From Chiloscyllium plagiosum (Eukaryota): a stretch of 64,000 bases of DNA. The stretch is from assembly GCF_004010195.1 (NCBI RefSeq), contig NC_057718.1:3570203-3634202 (forward strand), given 5' to 3'. Both the position numbers and the translations under genes were made by a program. Shown here in pieces: positions 10,826 to 23,962 of the stretch. Position 1 is the stretch's first letter; every line of letters starts with the position of its first letter. The notes beneath the pieces are model-generated. The model made no database searches, was not told the origin of the DNA, and worked only from the letters and a program-made list of their open reading frames with translations.

Positions 10826-13602
10826 TAGAGTCACAGAGTCATAGAGATGTACAGCATGGAAACAGACCCTTCAGTCCAACCCATCCACACCGACCAGATA
10901 TCCCAACCCAATCTAGTCCCACCTGCCAGCATCTGGCCCATATCCCTCCAAACCCTTCCTATTCATATACCCATCCAAAAGCCTCTTAAATGTTGCAATT
11001 TTACCAGCCTCCACTGTTTCTTCTGGCAGCTCATTCCACACATACACCACGCTCTGTGTGAAAAAGTTGCCCCTGAGGTCTCTTTTATATCTTTCCCCTC
11101 TCAACCTAAACCTATGCCCTCGAGGTTTGGACTCCCCAAACCCAGGGAAAAGACTTTGTCTATTTATTTTATCCATGCCCTTCATGATATTGTAAACCTC
11201 TGTAAGGTCACCCCTCAACCTCCTATGCTCCAGGGAAAACAGCCCCAGCCTGTTCAGCCTCCCCTTATAGCTCAAATCCTCCAACCCTGGCAACATCCTT
11301 GTAAATCTTTTCTGAAAACTTTCAAGTTTCATAACATCTTTCCAATAGGAAGGAGACCAGAATTGCATGCAATATTCCAGCAGTGGCCTAACCAATGTCC
11401 TGTGCAGTCGCAACATGGCCTCCCAACTCCTGTACTCAATACTCTGACCAATAAAAGAAAGCATACCAAAAGCCTTCTTCACTATCCCATCTACCTGCGA
11501 CTCCACTTTCAAGGAGCTATGAACCTACACTCCAAGGTCTCTTTGTTCAGCAACACTCCCTAGGACCTTACCATTGAGTGTATAAGTCCTGCTAAGATTT
11601 GCTTTCCCAAAATGCAGCACCTCGCATTTAACTGAATTGAACACCATCTGCCACTTCTCAGCTCATTGGCCAATATGTTCAAGATCTGTTGTAATCTGAG
11701 GTAATCTTCTTCGCTGTCCACGACACCTCCAATTTTGGTGTCATCTGCAAACTTACTAACTATACCTCTTATGCTCACATCCAAATCATTTATGTAAATG
11801 AAAAAAAGTAGAGGGCCCTGCACCGATCCTTGTGGCACTCCACTGGTCACCGGCCTCTCTTCAACAACCCTCCACCACCACCCTGTGTCTTCTACCCTTG
11901 AGCGAGTTTGGTATCCAAATGGCTCGTTCTCCCTGCATTCCATGAGATCTAACCTTGCTAACCAGACCCCCATGGGGAATCTTGTTGAACGCCTTACTGA
12001 AGTCCATATAGATCACATCTACCGCTTTGCTCTCATCAATCCTTTTTGTTACTTCTTCAGAAAACTCAATCAAGCTTGTGAGACATGATTTCCCACACAC
12101 AAAGCCATGTTGACTATCCCTAATCAGTCCTTGCCTTTCCAAATACATGTACATCCTGTCCCTCAGGATTCCCTCTAACAACTTGCCCACCACCGAGGTC
12201 AGGCTCACTAGTCTATAGTTCCGTGGCTTGTCCTTACCGCCCTTCTTAAACAGTGGCATCACATTAGACAACCTCCTGTTTTCCGGCACCTCACCTGTGA
12301 CTATCCATGATACAAATATCTCTGCAAGTGGCCCAGCAATCACTTCTCTAGCTTCCCTCAGAGTTCTCGGGTACACCTGATCAGGTCCTGGGGATTTATC
12401 CACCTTTATGCGTTTCAAAACATCCAGCACTTCCTCCTCTGTAATATGGACATTTTGCGAGTTGTCACCATCTATTTCCCTGTATTCTATATCTTCCATA
12501 TCCTTTTCCACAGTAAATACTGTTGCAAAATACTTGTTTAGTATCTCCTCATTTCTGTGGCTCCACACAAAGGCCGCCTTGCTGATCTTTGAGGGGCCCT
12601 ATACTCTCCCTCGTTACCCTTTTGTTCTTAATGCATTTGTAAAAATTCTTTGGATTCTCCTTAATTCTATTTGCCAAAGCTATTTCATGTCCCTTTTTTG
12701 CCCTCATGATTTCTCTCTTAAGTATATTCCTACTTCCTTTTTACTCTTCTAAGGGTTCACTCAATCTATCCTGTCTATACCTTACAAATGCTTCCTTTTT
12801 TTTCTTAACCAAACGCTCAATTTCTTTAGTCACCCAGCATTCCCTATACCTACCAGCCTTTCCTTTCATCCTAAAAGTATACACTATCTCTGGATTCTCA
12901 TTATCTCATTCCTGAAGGCTTCCCATTTTCCAGCAGTCCCTTTACTTGCCCAAAATCATCTTTTGAAAGTTCTTGCCTAATACTGTCAAAATTGGCCTTT
13001 TTCCAATTTAGAACTTCAACTTTTAAATCTGGTCTATCCTTTTCCATCACTATTTTAAATCTAATAGAATTATGGTCGCTGGCCCCAAAGTGCTCCCCCA
13101 CTGACACCTCAGTCACCTGCCCTGCCTTATTTCCCAAGAGTAGGTCAAGTTTTGCACCTTCTCTAGTAGGTGCATCCACACACTGAATCAGAAAATTTTA
13201 TTGTGCACACTTAACAAATTCCTCTCCATCTAAACCCTGAACACTACGGCAGTCCCAGTCTCTGTTTGGAAAGTTAAAATCCCCTACCATAACCACCCTA
13301 TTATTCTTACAGCTAGCTGAGATCTCCTTATAAATTTGTTTCTCAATCTCTCTCTGACTATTAGGGGGTCTATAATACAATCCCAATAAGATTATCATCA
13401 CTTTCCTATTTCTCAGTTCCACCCAAGTAACTTCCCTGGCTGTACTTCCAGGAATATCCACCCTCAGCACAGCTGTAATGCTATCCCTTACCAAAAATGC
13501 CACTCCCCCTCCTCTCTTGTGTCCCTTTCTATCCTTCCAGCAGCATTTGTATCCTGGAACATTAAGCTGCCAGTCCTGCCCATCCCTGAGCCATGTTTCT
13601 GT
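10826..13602 (-). mobile_element. CR1 LINE, near-complete ORF2 (endonuclease + reverse transcriptase), frameshifted
   Basis: ORFs 13198-13695, 11861-12568 (YMDFSKAF), 11560-11973 (GVPQGSV..KFADDTK) and 10913-11512; (tagagtca)n 3' tail at ~10826-10845. Confidence 0.95.
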
Positions 13603-15184
13603 ATGCCGCCTTGAACTGCTACAGTCCATGTGCTGTAGGCAGACCCATAATTCCCTTAGGAAGGGAATTCCAGGATTTTTTACCCATTTGGTCAAGTGGG
13701 AGGCATTCCATCACACACCTGGCCCGTGCCCTGTAGATAGTGGACAGGATTTAAGGAGTCAGGAGGTGAGTTAGTTGCTACAGCATTCTGAGCCTCTGAC
13801 CTGCTGTTGTAGTCACTGTGTTTATGCGGTAATTCCTGGTGAGTTTCTGGTCAATGACAATCACAAGGTTGGTGACAGTGGTGGATTCAGTGATAGTAAT
13901 CCTTTTGAATGGCAGGGTCAGTGGTCAAGTTTTGTCTTATTGGAGATGGTCATGGCCTGGCATTTATTTGGCATGAATGCCACTTTTCCTTTTCCAGCCC
14001 AACCCTGGATATTTTCCTGATCTTGTTTCTTTGAACATGTACAGCTTCAGTATCTGAGAAATTGTAAATGGTGCTGAATTTGTTTAGCCATTGCTCGTAG
14101 GACAATCCCTCGGTATCAGGATCATCCCAGTGAACACTCTCTGATGTGCCACCAATGAAATGATAGCTTTACTTAAAAAGAGGAACAAAATGTTCACTGT
14201 GCTCTAGATGTGGTCTCACCAGCACCTTGTGGCACGGCAGTAAGACTTCCTAACTCTGATTGGCTAACCTCCTTTAAATAAGGCCTAGAAGGCACAGCAG
14301 GGACTGAATGTACAGTGACATTGCTTGAATAAAGGGCAACTCCTGATTCCAGCTTCCAGCTTCAGACTGTCCCCATTCCCTGTTCACACCAGAGGCTCCG
14401 AGCTCCTCGTGGTTCCTTCTCCCTGTGATGTAATTGCACTGGAAGGAGAGGATACTGCCTGAGATGAGGAGAGGCTGGATACACTTGCAGTGTTTCTCTG
14501 GAGTGAGAAGGCTGAGGGATGACCTGACTGAGGGGTATGGACATGTTGGATAGAAAGCATCTGTTCTCATTTAATTCAAAGGTCAATAATGAAATGTATA
14601 ATTTAAAAGTGAAATTCAGGAGATTTTGAGGGGATTTGGGCAAGAATCAATGGGCTGAAGGGCCTCTTCTCTGCTACATCAATCGATGGCTCTGTCTCAA
14701 CTTCAATCCCAGTCTCAGCTGTGGGAGCTCATGTCGAGCGAGCCCCTCCACTTTCGCCGTGCTCAATGTCGATTGGTTCCATTTAACCTGGATGTGCGTG
14801 CCCCTTTGTGATCATTGGTTCATTCCCAATCCCTGGAAGATTCCCCTGCAGATGTAGCACCTCACAGAGCAATCTCCCTGACTCTGCTCACCCAGCCCAA
14901 TGGCACTGACACACTTGTGAGTCAAATGGAATTAGTATTACTCATTCTCCAGGAAAAAAGTTTCACATTTTCCACAAAGTTCTCCTCCCATTGTCACAAA
15001 AAAGTCCCTTTTTCCCAAGCATACCACCAACGTTGAACCTGAGCTCAGCCTCCTCCCCACAGTGAATCCATCCCTGAGATCACTTTCCATCACCTCCTCA
15101 ATCTCCTTGATCACAAGCTGACCTCCAATTCATTCACTGGGCACAGCTCTTGCTGGTGGTGATTGTCATGTAAACTCTACTTCC

Positions 15185-15515
15185 TGTCTACAATGAGCTG
15201 GCTTCCTTCACGAGGAACATTACCCGAAACACGCAGTAATAAACACCAGTGTGTCTGGGCAGCATGTTTGTGATGGTCAAAAAGAAGCTGTTACTGGGGG
15301 GCTCTCTGGAAGGCTAGAAATGCTCAGTGAATCCTGGGTACCGTTCTGTGATTTTCTTCACATCATGTGTTCAAATCCAGATTACCATAATCAGTCTTTC
15401 CAACCGATACAAGTGAACATCGGTGCATGTCACTGCAACGTTCCTCATGATGCACTGTGACCCTTGGTGATACGTTCCAGGATCGGAAACTGGAGAAGGA
15501 CTGGGGCATTCACAT
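15185..15515 (-). pseudogene. Germline-joined VJ exon A1, closest paralogue of exon B1; deletion before Cys1, stops, donor GT>GG
   Basis: ttgaag|DVNAPVLLQFPILERITKGH/CIMRNVAVTCTDVHLYR..GFTEHF*PSREPPSNSFFLTITNMLPRHTGVYYC..GSQLIVD A|ggaagtagag versus A|gtaagtagag in B1. Confidence 0.88.
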
Positions 15516-16109
15516 CTTCAAAATAAAAAAAGCAATAAATGAACAAGAGTCTGATTGTTCAGTCTTTTCCACAGGCACAGGGTGGCTGAGAGAAATGGGG
15601 TAAACTGGGCAGATTGGAGACAAATGCAAGGGTCAGAAGGTTTGCCCCCCCAGCTCCAGGTAGAGGACATGGAGCCAGTGATGGTCCCAGGGTCAGGCCG
15701 AGGGAACTACAACTCAGTTAATGAGTCAGGGTGGGTCCCACTGGAAGTTTTTGTCTTCTTGTCCAGCAATATTCCATCCCACTTCAGGGAGATGGAGGAG
15801 GAGATGCAGCACGGATTTGAAGGAACATCATTCTGGGTGAAGAATGAGACTCCAGCAAAGAATCTCTAATCCTGGATGGAAGATCAATTTGGTGATGACA
15901 ACAAGATAAGGAGGAAAGTGAGGTGTCAAGAGGAGAGAGAGATAGGTGAAGTGAATGGGTGAAATGTGGCAAATGGAGTATAATATTGCAAAATGCAGTA
16001 TTGCCCTTTTGTGGGGAGTGCAGAAATTATTGAGTAGTTTGATCAGAAGAATTAGAAAAGGAGTAGGCCATTCAGCCCCGTGAGCCTGTTCCACCATTCA
16101 ACGGAATTG

Positions 16110-18915
16110 GAGAGCCACAGTGTCATAGAGCACAGAATCAGAGCCTTCGGTCCAAACAGTCCATGACGAACATAATCCTAAACTAAACTATTCACACTTG
16201 CTCTGCTCCTGTCAATATCCCTCCAAACCTTTCCTATTCATATACTTATCCAAATGCCTTCTAAACACTGTATTTGTATCCACATCCACTACTTCCTTGG
16301 TTGGTTCATTCCACCCTCAAACTACTCTCTGTGTAAAAAAAATGCCCCTCATATCTTATTTAAATCTCCCTCCTCAACTTAAAAATGGGTTCCCTAGTCT
16401 AGAGATCCCTCATCCTCAGGAAAAGACAACTCTCATTAACCCTATCGATATCTCTCTTTATTTTTCACACAACACCAGGTTATAGTACAACAAGTTTAAT
16501 TAGAAGCACACTAGCTTTCGGAGTGACGCTCCTTCATCAGGTGATAGAGTTAGGTAGTGTTATGTGATTTTTAATTTTGTACACCCCAGTCCAACATCGG
16601 CATCTCCAAATCATCTCTTTATTTTATAACCTTCTATCTGGTGACCTCCCAACCTGTTATGCTCCAGTGAGAAAAGTCCCAGCTTATCCAGACTTTCTTT
16701 ATAACACAAACCTTCCATAGGCAACAACATCTTGGTAAATCACTTCAGAACCATCTCCAGTTTAGATTAGATTACTTACAGTGTGGAAACAGGCCCTTCA
16801 GCCCAACAAGTCCACACCGACCCGCCGAAATGCAACCCACCCAGACCCATTCCCCTACATTTACCCTTTCACCTAACACTACGGGCAATTTAGCATGGCC
16901 AATTCACCTAACCTGCATATTTTTGGATTGTGGAAGGAAACCGGAGTACCCGGAGGAAACCCACGCAGACACGGGGAGAACGCGCAAACTCCACACAGTC
17001 AGTTGCCTGAGGTGGGAATTGAACCCGGGTCTCAATGTGAGGCAACAGTGCTAACCACCGTGCCAAAGTGCCACAATATGCTTCCTATAACTGGGTGACC
17101 AGAACTGGACACTGTATTCCAGAAGAGGCCTCACCAATATCCTGTGCAACCTCAAATCATTGTTGTCCCAACTCTTATAATCAAAGGATGAAGCAATGAA
17201 GGCAAGCAAGAAATGTCTTTTCTTTTTCCCACCCTGTCTACATGCGATGCAAACTTCAAAGAATTCTGTACCAGCATCCCAAGGTCCTTGGCTGAACAAA
17301 CATTCTTCACATCCACTTTCCTGCTCTTCTCTGGAAACTGATCATGAAGCTATCTATCTCAGTTTTAAATATACACAATATCTACTCTCACAGCTCTCTG
17401 GAGCAAGGAGCCCAAAGGCTCACATTCTTGTGAAAGAAGAAATCCTTTCTCATCTCAATCTGAAGCTGGTGCCCCTTAATTCTGAGACTGTGGCCTCTGG
17501 TCTGAGACTCTCCAATGAGGGGAAACATCCTGTCAACTTTAGTCTGTCAAGCCCCTCAACAATCCTGTATGCTTCAAAGGGATCACCTCTCATTCTTCTA
17601 AACTCAAGTGAGTAGAGTCCCAATCTGTTCAGCCTTTGCTCAAATGACAATCCCTCCATACCAGGGATCATCCACGTGAACATTCTCTGAACTGCTACCA
17701 ATGAACTAAATCTTTCTTTAAATAAGTTGAACCAAAACTGCTGACAGTACAACTAATGTGGTTTCACCAGCATCTTGTCCAGTTGCCTGTTAACCCTGTG
17801 TGCTAGCTTTCTGAGTCTTGTGCACAAGTTTACCAAAGTCCCTTTGTGTTACAGTTTTCTGTAATTTTTCTCAATTTAAATAATATTTTGTTCTTTTGAT
17901 CTCTCTTCCAAAATGAGCAAGTTCACATTTACACACATTATACTCCATTTACTGGCTTTTTGTGCATTTTCTTAAATTATCAATATCTCTGTAAACTGTT
18001 TGTATCTCTCTCGCAAACTGCCTTTTCACTTATTTTTGTGTCGTCTGCAAATGTTCCTACAGTAGATTCACTTCCTTTCTCACAGTCATTAACATAAATT
18101 GTAAACAGTTATGGTCCTAGCACTAATCCCTATGAAACCCCACCAGTCACGATTCACAACCTGAAAATGAACTCCTTATCCCTTTTCGCTGTATGAGCCA
18201 TTTCTCTCACCACAATAACATGCTCCCTCCAACATTGTGGATTCTTATAAAATGAATTAACCTTTTGTGAGGTACCTGACCAAATGCCTCCTGAAAGTCT
18301 AAACACAAAACATTTACCAGTTCACCTCTCTTCACTCTGGCTGAGACTTTTTCAAAAAACTCAAATAAATTAGTCAGATAAAATTTTCTTTTCATGAAGC
18401 CATACTGACTCTACTTGATGAGATTATGATTTTCAAAATGTTCTGGCATTAACTCCTTAATATGAAGATGTGATTATTTTCTCCATCCAAGGGGAGAGAC
18501 TTATCCTGATTGGAGTTTCGAATGAGTAGGAGATTTGAAACATCTCAGTTTCTTTGGGCCTTGACAGGGTGAATATGGAGAGGAGGTTGCTTCCCTTTGT
18601 GGGAGAGTCTGGGACCAGAGGGCAAAAGCTCACAGGAATGGGCCTGTGATTTAAGATGGAAGTGAGGAGGAATTTCATCTCTCAGAGGAAGTGAATCTGA
18701 GGAATTCCTTACCACAGAGGACTGTTGAAACTGAGTCCTGAAGTAACTTTGAGTCTGATAACGACAGATATTTAATCAGGAATGGAATCCAGGGTTATGG
18801 GGAAAAGGCAGGAAAGTAGAGATGGGGACTATCAGGGCAGCCATGATCTCACTGAATGGCAGAAACAACTCGATGAGCTAAATGGCCTAATTTTGCTCCT
18901 ATCTCCTCTGGTCTT
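16110..18915. mobile_element. Stack of decayed CR1-type fragments carrying a SINE (16762-17063, minus) and a short Penelope-derived insert (~16460-16615)
   Basis: ORFs 17051-17299 (LVRPLLEYSVQFWSP), 17450-17752 and 18207-18395 (LDFQEAF..VPH); SINE body recognisable. Confidence 0.8.
16512..16540 (-). ncRNA. Minimal hammerhead ribozyme core (Penelope-associated)
   Basis: CUGAUGA-aGGAGcgucaCUCC-GAAAGCUA with palindromic AGCU helix III. Confidence 0.6.
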
Positions 18916-19791
18916 AAGGTCTAGTTGTGGCCCTTAACAGACTATTGGATGGTTATTTAAATATAAACAATGTGTAGGGTGAAGGGGAAAAGGCAAACAT
19001 TGGCAGTAAGTGAAAGTGCTCAGAGATGCAATGGACCTCCAGAAGGCTTCTTTCTTCATCAGAACGTTCCTGTGATTTTGAGAACAGTAAGATTCCACTC
19101 TGTGCAGCAAATGTTGCTTCCCCTTTTCTGTTTCTTGGCCTCGGTTTGAAGCTCTTGTCCACAAAAGACAATCTTATCTTAGGCAATTTGTCGAAATCAC
19201 AGTTCCTGCAGTTATCCTCTCTTCATTCCATAGATGGTGAAATCCCCAGGTTGTTCCACAGTCTTGTCTGTCTGTCCATTAAACAGCTGGAAATGGTGGG
19301 AACGCAGAGGGATGTTCTGCACTTTCAGTGAGTGTGAGGGGACAGCTTGAGAATAGAGAATTAATGTGAATATCAGCATGGGTCCATTGGTGAAAATCAC
19401 TCTGAATCACAAAGCTGTAAATTCACCAACTTTGTAAAACAGGAGGTTGCCTTTCAAATGCACCCTAACGAGACCCAGTGAACACAGACTAATCTAATCC
19501 ACTCCAAATCCACACTGCAATGGTGCAGCCTGCCTCTCAATGACATTCTCCCAGTAAATGAATGACAGAAAAGGTTGGGAGGAACACTCCATTTTCTGGT
19601 CTGTATTCCCAGCCTGTGGAGCTCTGTGTCAGTTGCACCAAACAATCCCCAGACAGTGACAAATTCTCCTTGTGATACTCCTCTCCAGTTCTCAATGTTC
19701 AAACTTAAAGAATTCACATAAACTCCACAGCAGCACAAACCATGGCAAGGTATTTTATGTTAAGCTAAACTTCTCTGAAGCTAACACTTAC

Positions 19792-19834
19792 CCAAAGCAA
19801 CACAGGGTCATGCAAATAGAGTTCCACTGATCAT
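19792..19834 (-). pseudogene. Broken leader (signal peptide) exon of gene A
   Basis: ATG ATC AGT GGA ACT CTA TTT GCA TGA CCC TGT GTT GCT TTG G|gtaagt. Inverted paralogue of 23911-23962 with deletions and an in-frame TGA. Confidence 0.8.
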
Positions 19835-21403
19835 CTCAACAGAGCAACAACCCTGTGTACCTACATAATTTAATGTAAGTCCAGTTGATACATCGAAACA
19901 CAAAGTTTCCCAGCCAACTGCAGATTCTTTCATTACTCATTTCTCAGGAGTTAAGAAAATTGGAATGTCAGCAAAGAGGAAATTCAGCACGGTTCTCTAG
20001 TTTCCGATGGGGGACTGCAGTTTGAACACATTCCTTATTCCATTTCTTGATTTTCAATGTTTCTCTTTAACTTCTTCTTAACCCTTTGGTGAACGGACAT
20101 TACTGAGTAAGTTTCCATGAAGTCAATCTGATATTTATTGTTTATGAATTGTTGTCAGTGAATTTACCCTGTGAATTATACATCGACAGTTACATTGTCA
20201 TGACTCCCTGAATGTCAAGCCCACTATTCCAGGAGTTGTCGCAATGGGGAAAGATTTATTTAAACATTTCAAAGTTCCCAATTTGCCTGTTTGTGAAACT
20301 CAGGGTAAATGCAAACACAAACCAGGTAACTGAACTGAACAAGATAAACTTAAACTGATTGCAACTGTTTTTTTTTCACCAATGCAGAGAGGAAACAGAG
20401 TTTATAACTGGATTTACCATTTCTGAATTTCCCCTCTTCCATATGAAGGCAGTCACACAAGACAGACCTGACATGGCTGTTAAGGGAAGAAAAGGAATGT
20501 AAACATCAGGGAAACACAGTTCAGTCACATCAGTGTGGATCAGGAATTCAATGAGTTTTCTGCCTTCTCATCATTTCAATTCAGATTTGGTGGTTTTGCT
20601 GTGAACACGAAGTTACTTTGAGAAGAAGCCACAGAAGAGATTAATATGAAAAATTAAAGTCCATGAGATTGGGATATTGCAATGAAATGGATTGTGAACT
20701 GATTGGCAAACAGGTAACAAAGAGTCAGAATAAATACATCATTTTCTGAGTGACAGACCCTGATTGGTGAGGTACTAAAGGGATCAGTACTTGGACTCCA
20801 GCTATTCACAATATCAATTTATGATTTAGAAAAGTGAACTGAATTTAATTTCTCCAAGTTTGCAGGTGACAGAAAGCTGAGTGGGAGGGTGAAATGTGAG
20901 AAAGTGTAAAGATGCTGCAGTGTGATTTGGACAGGCTGGCTGTGTTGGTAAATGCGTGGCAGATAAAGTATAATGTGAAGAAAGATGATTGAAAGCAAAG
21001 AGTAGGAGTAAAAGGGTGTCTCACACAAAGACAGACTGTTTCTTGTGGTGTACTGCATGGCTCAATGCAAGGCCCACAGTGTTCAACAGCTGGAGAAATG
21101 GGTTGGATGTGGGGCCCAATTGAAATGGTTCCAAACTTTCTGATGGTATAAAAAGTAGGTAAGATTGGAAGCTGTGAGGAAGATGCAAGGATGCATCAAG
21201 TGGCCAGGCTCAGTGAATGAGAAAGGACAAGGGAGGTGGAAAATAATGTTAATAGATGTGAAGATAGCTACTTTACCAAAGGAAACAGAAAGGCAGAATA
21301 TTTTAAAATATGATTTGGAGATGCCAGTGTTGGACTGGGGTGTACAAAGTTAAAAATCACACAACACCAGGTTATAGTCCAACAGGTTTAATTGGAAGCA
21401 CAC

Positions 21404-21432
21404 TAGCTTTCAGAGCATCGCTCCTTCATCAG
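21404..21432 (-). ncRNA. Minimal hammerhead ribozyme core (Penelope-associated)
   Basis: CUGAUGA-aGGAGCgauGCUCU-GAAAGCUA. Confidence 0.55.
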
Positions 21433-22894
21433 GTGGTAATGGAGGGCTCAATCTTAACACACAGAATTTATAGCAAAAAAGTTACAGTGTGATGTAATTG
21501 AAATTATACATTGAAAAATTGACTGATTAAATTGAAGGTGATTAAATTGAAGCTTTCAACATTCTTCAAGGGCATGACAGTGCAGATGTAGATAGAAATG
21601 TTTTTCTTGGCTGGTGAGTCAAGAACTATGGGGCATTATCACAGGAAAAGGAGTTGTATGGAGTCGTACATTGAGTATGTTCGAGACAGGAATTGAAAGA
21701 TTACTAGAAGCCAATGAATCAGGGTATATGGAGATAATGAAGGAAAGTGACACTGCGGAAAATGAACAAACATGATTGAATTGATGGGCTGAATGGTCTA
21801 CTCCTGTTTGTAACTTCCTTAGTCTTTGTCTCTTGGACTAAAGGAATGAATGATGGGTTATAAGAAGGGGAGTAAGCAGGGCAGGTGTGTGGAAGCATTT
21901 AGATTAGGACAAGGACATCTCAGGTGGAGGTGATCCCAGCTGAGGTTGTTCCAGTCAAGTCTGATACAGAGTGATGTCTGTCGCGATTGATTTTATTTTG
22001 TTGTGTTTTATTTAGTATGTTGGTTTTTCACTGAAATTAAAGCCTGGAATGCTTGTTGCTCCAATATTTCATCCAAAAGAGACCACGTTGGACCTGTACT
22101 CACCCCATTACCTCCAAAATTGGACATTCTGAATTGACCTACAGTTGGAGAAATCAGGCCTGACAGAAAAGTGGCCAAACTAACTTAAAGAGTAGCCAGC
22201 AGCTGTCGGCTTCAGAGAAGCCAAGGTCAAATCAGTCACAAAGGTTCAAGAGGAGCTAGTTGCAACCAGACCAAGAACTGTGTATTCGAGGAATATCTCT
22301 GGTAACTTGACTGCCTGAGCGTGTGGATAAAGTGAGGACTTCCTGAGTGCTTGCACATTACACCTCCCAGTACAACAACAGGGAAGGGCGTTGACAAATC
22401 CCATTGGATGACTTAAATCCAGCTTATGATCCCAACAGCCAAAGGCCATAGAAATATTTGAAAGATCAGGGCAAGGGGGACAAAAACATACCTGGACTCC
22501 GCCACCTCTTGAGGACACACAGAAACCTCAATGAGGACACAGAGAAACCTCAGTGAAGACTCAGTGAGGATTCAATGAACATTCATTGAAGACTCAGTGA
22601 AGACTTGCAGGGAAGACTCACCGCAAGAGTCATTGGAGAAGGTGGTGAGGCAATCCAAGAAGACCCAGGAGAAGATCTGCCCTGACCTGTGAGACCAGCT
22701 TTGTGGAAGAGAGCCAGTAATACATCAGAGAGAAAGGAGATTCCAATGGCCCAGATCAAACATGTGGATCATTGTGGGTGATATCTTTTCTCAGATGGAT
22801 CGAGCTAAATAAATATTGGGAAATGATCACATGGTATTTTTAATAAGGAGAACTTTGTCAATGAAATGAAGTTGAACCACAAAATGATTTCTGT

Positions 22895-23526
22895 TGTTAT
22901 GGACTGAACGAGACCACTCAAAACAGTATTAAGCAGGCAGCTCAGACCATAACATTGCAACTTGTTTCAGTAAGTGTGCAGTGAAAATTACCCAGATTAA
23001 GTTAGCTTGGTTGTGAACTAGATTTTAAAACAGACAAAAAATTATTCACAAAATTACACAATGAAACACAAAGAACAGAATAAAGAACCATTACAGAACT
23101 CAACCTATCCAACTAGATTTAATTAGGCTGTTCGAATATGCAGAACCATCCCAATAAGTAAACCCCCTTTAAAAAACAGTATAAATAGAACACATGCTTA
23201 CAGTTTGAAGATGAAGGACAGAAAGAGAGAGAGAGAGTTTCCACACAGCTCACTGTTGAACTTCCAAACAATTCAAGACTGAATTAAACTGCTCAGCTAG
23301 AGAGCTGACCACTCCCCTTTCATTCTTCAGATCACTTCTAAAACATGATCTCTTTGGCCTGAAATCTCATCTGTTTACATATAAACAAAAAGTCACTCAA
23401 AATCCTTTTCATCTCTGTACCAAACCTGACTGGCTCGGTTTATTACCCCTTTGAAACGAATCAAGGACAGAGTCTCCTTGAGCCAAGGAACAGCTTTTAG
23501 GAAAAAAAGAGACTAACTGAGTGACA
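22895..23526 (-). mobile_element. Solo LTR of the Gmr1-type family
   Basis: TG...CA termini, 4-bp TSD ctgt (22891-22894 and 23527-23530); reverse complement of the LTR at ~50008-50634. Confidence 0.88.
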
Positions 23527-23910
23527 CTGTGTCCCCCTTGTCTGCCTCATCTGCAGGAGCATTTGGGTAAAGTGTTTTCAAAACAGAAATGGGTCAAACA
23601 GTCAAATGTGTGAATTCTCAATGTTTAATTGATAAAATATGAGGAAGTTGCACTGAATAAAGAATGAGCATCACTGCTGAAATAAAACTCACTGTTTCAC
23701 AAGAAAATCCAGCCAGTCTTACCCTCCCTCAGAACAGAACAGCCATTGGTTTATTTTCACTGCTTCCCCTTTACTGACACTTTAACTTCTTTACCTCCTG
23801 AGAAATGAGAGATTAAAGAAGCTGCAGTTGGCTGGAACGCTTTGTGTTTCAATGTATTAACTGGACGTACAATGAACTGTGTGGAGAAAAGATGTTGTCA
23901 CTCTATTGAA

Positions 23911-23962
23911 ATGATCATTGGATATCTTTTTGCTGTGACCCTGTCTCTCTGTATTACTTTGG
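23911..23962 (+). CDS. Leader exon of gene B (non-rearranging VJ receptor)
   Basis: MIIGYLFAVTLSLCITL G|gtaagt, 52 nt, phase 1. Joins exon 33980 in frame to give ..CITLGANA/PDLLQ, a plausible signal cleavage site. Confidence 0.82.

Noticed and set aside
14365-14450. Minus-strand CNYITGRR resembling a VJ exon end, sharing tggtgtgaacagggaa with 58084-58099
   Set aside because: The CNYI part matches CR1 sequence (tccagtgcaattacatc) and the remaining match is too short
15555-15869. 104-aa ORF with NESGW..EVF resembling a pogo/Tigger DDE motif
   Set aside because: Single short motif, with no terminal repeats or other transposase blocks seen
20590-20625. Nonamer-like ggttttgct with tactttg
   Set aside because: Poor heptamer and no J coding sequence or donor follows
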